A model generated the notes under the pieces. That model had not been told where the DNA came from and searched no databases. It was given only the letters and a program-made list of their open reading frames with translations. From the NCBI GenBank assembly GCA_040905565.1, contig JBBDRF010000012.1, positions 1 to 64,000 of the forward strand: 64,000 nt of DNA. Reading direction: 5' to 3'. How positions within the stretch are numbered: position 1 is the stretch's first letter; each line of letters opens with the position of its first letter. Below, piece by piece: positions 62,285-64,000 of the stretch. This DNA is from Phycisphaeraceae bacterium (GTDB lineage: Bacteria > Planctomycetota > Phycisphaerae > Phycisphaerales > Zrk34). The translations under genes were made by a program, and so were the position numbers.

Positions 62285-63397
62285 ATGGCAGATACCGTTC
62301 AAATTGATCGCCTGCTCGACACGGTCGTCAAGCAGAACGTCGCTGACCTTCACCTGACGGTGGGGCGTCCGCCGACGGTCCGCCTTAAAGGGCGTTTGCG
62401 CGACCTGAAAACCAAAGTGCTTGAGCCCGACGATACCGTCGCACTCATGAAATCCATCACACCCGAACGCTCGCAGCAGGAGCTGCAGGAGCAGGGCGGG
62501 TGCGACTTCGGCTTCGCCTTCCGCGACGGCGCCCGCTTCCGTGTCTCGTGCTTCCGCCAGAAGGGCAATATTGCGCTCGTCCTCCGGCAGATTCCCAACG
62601 AACTGCTGACCTTCGAGCAGATCGGGCTCCCGGAAATCTGTCGTGATCTCATCCGCCGACCGCGTGGCCTGTTCCTCGTCACCGGGCCCACCGGTTCGGG
62701 CAAGACAACAAGCCTGGCGACGATGATCGATCACTGCAACAAGACGCTCGAACGTCATATCATCACCGTCGAAGACCCGATCGAGTATTACCACAATCAC
62801 AAGATGTCGGTGGTGAATCAGCGTGAGGTCGGCAACGATGTGCCCACCTTCGCCGAGGCGTTGCGGCGGGCGCTGCGTCAGGATCCCGACATCATCCTCG
62901 TCGGTGAACTTCGCGACCTTGAGACCATTGAAGCGGCCATTCGCGCTGCCGAGACGGGCCATCTCGTGTTCGGCACGCTTCACACAAACTCCGCGTCCGG
63001 CACGATCAACCGTGTGATCGACGCGTTCCCCGTCTCCCAGCAGGCGCAGATCCGCGTGCAGCTATCCACCAGTCTCATGGCGGTGCTGGCGCAGGCGCTG
63101 TTGCCTCGGGCCGACGGCTCAGGCATGATCGCCGCTTACGAATTCATGGTCTGCACGCCGGGCATCGCGAACCTGATTCGTGAAGGCAAGACGTTCCGGA
63201 TCGACTCGTCGATTCAGACCGGCAAGAAATTCGGCATGCAGCTCCTCGATGACCACCTGTGGGTGCTCTACACCCAGGGGCACATCAGTGCTGAGGAAAT
63301 GATTGATAAGTCCCGCGATCCAGCCGGTCTCGCCGACCGCGTCCACCGCGCAGGCGGCACCGTCGAACGGCCCGAACTTGATGAGATTGCGCCGTGA
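62285..63397 (+). CDS. pilT: Type IV pilus retraction ATPase PilT
   Basis: DLHLTVGRPP, VTGPTGSGKTTSLA, VEDPIEY, NQREVG, ALRQDPD, AAETGHLVFGTLHT, IANLIREGK. Confidence 0.95.
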   Translation: MADTVQIDRLLDTVVKQNVADLHLTVGRPPTVRLKGRLRDLKTKVLEPDDTVALMKSITPERSQQELQEQGGCDFGFAFRDGARFRVSCFRQKGNIALVLRQIPNELLTFEQIGLPEICRDLIRRPRGLFLVTGPTGSGKTTSLATMIDHCNKTLERHIITVEDPIEYYHNHKMSVVNQREVGNDVPTFAEALRRALRQDPDIILVGELRDLETIEAAIRAAETGHLVFGTLHTNSASGTINRVIDAFPVSQQAQIRVQLSTSLMAVLAQALLPRADGSGMIAAYEFMVCTPGIANLIREGKTFRIDSSIQTGKKFGMQLLDDHLWVLYTQGHISAEEMIDKSRDPAGLADRVHRAGGTVERPELDEIAP

Positions 63398-63442
63398 TCG
63401 ACCTCGGCTGCTGATCCGCAAAGCGGGCGAAACGAGAACAGG

Positions 63443-63479
63443 AGAACCGTCGGCGGAAACGCTGCGGTTCTTTTTTTTT
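63443..63479 (+). terminator. Rho-independent terminator after pilT
   Basis: AGAACCGTCGGCG-GAAA-CGCTGCGGTTCT followed by a T run. Confidence 0.85.
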
Positions 63480-63974
63480 CATCCAGCCGCCCCGATCTCG
63501 CCGATCGTGATGCACGTTCGGGTCGCTCTTTTTTGGTTGTTTATGAACTTTGCATGTTGCGCCGAAAGCTATGTGTCCACCATATTGGGCGACTTGCAGC
63601 GACGGGGCGAGACGCGGACGTGAATGATAAAGAGGCGATTTATATGCCCGTAATGCGCCAGAAAACATGTGTCCATGTGAAAAAAGGCGAAAATTGCGGG
63701 TTGTGGTGGTGCGGCAGGGATGGAACAATGGTGTGTGACGACAAACTGCGTCGTCAAGGTCTCGCCATGGGCGGCCGATAAACCCGAGGGACGCACGCCG
63801 CGGCAGGAGGAGAAGCGGCGGGCGGCTCGCGGGATTGAAAGCGGCCGTTCGGTGAGAAGCGTTTAGTGGTCGACGGAGTTTGCGTCGGCAAAGTAAAAGT
63901 GCGAATGGGCAGGGGGCCGACACGGGTCGGACGACAGATCAGAGAGCAAAGGGCCACTCACCCCGGAGGCATTC

Positions 63975-64000
63975 ATGGCCGGTACCAAGTCGTCAGGTAG
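63975..64000 (+). CDS. Start of an unidentified CDS (3'-partial)
   Basis: GGAGG RBS at 63965-63969, ATG at 63975, frame open to the window end (MAGTKSSG). Confidence 0.5.

Noticed and set aside
60309..63397. Functional link between pilB/pilT and the McrB-like triad
   Set aside because: About 30 kb apart with many unrelated genes in between; proximity alone is not evidence
63883..63921. c-di-GMP riboswitch near the pilus genes
   Set aside because: Only a GGCAAA-containing stem; the GNRA/receptor and second-stem pattern is not evident

Overview
High-GC chromosomal window, most likely from a planctomycete (Phycisphaerae-like). The evidence is DUF1549/DUF1553 planctomycete cytochromes, DUF1501 partners, PEP-CTERM proteins, a Minf_1886-type protein and a PVC-type dehydrogenase. 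Housekeeping genes include atpD (partial), phosphomannomutase, yggS, argC, dusB, rny, pilB and pilT. Accessory modules include two divergent DUF1553-DUF1501 pairs around an ECF sigma/FecR pair, a sialic-acid-type catabolic operon with a Kelch mutarotase-sodium symporter fusion, and a XylR-linked sugar oxidation module. The standout is a coupled three-gene locus at 23940-30511. It encodes a membrane-anchored McrB-type AAA+ GTPase on a ~700-aa coiled-coil stalk built from exact 80-aa repeats, a DUF2357 McrC-like protein whose nuclease motif looks incomplete, and a degenerate Hsp70/actin-fold protein. No DNA-recognition domain, methyltransferase or mobile element is visible nearby. Other observations are a circularly permuted LamG domain inserted in a PHP metallohydrolase, a (DRGMSM)x6 repeat in PilB, a cupredoxin where a heme c domain is usual, structured non-coding sequence upstream of rny (6S candidate), REP-like palindromes, a symmetric bidirectional promoter and leaderless starts. 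No rRNA, tRNA, CRISPR array, transposase or integrase was seen. All family calls are by-eye motif recognition, not database searches.
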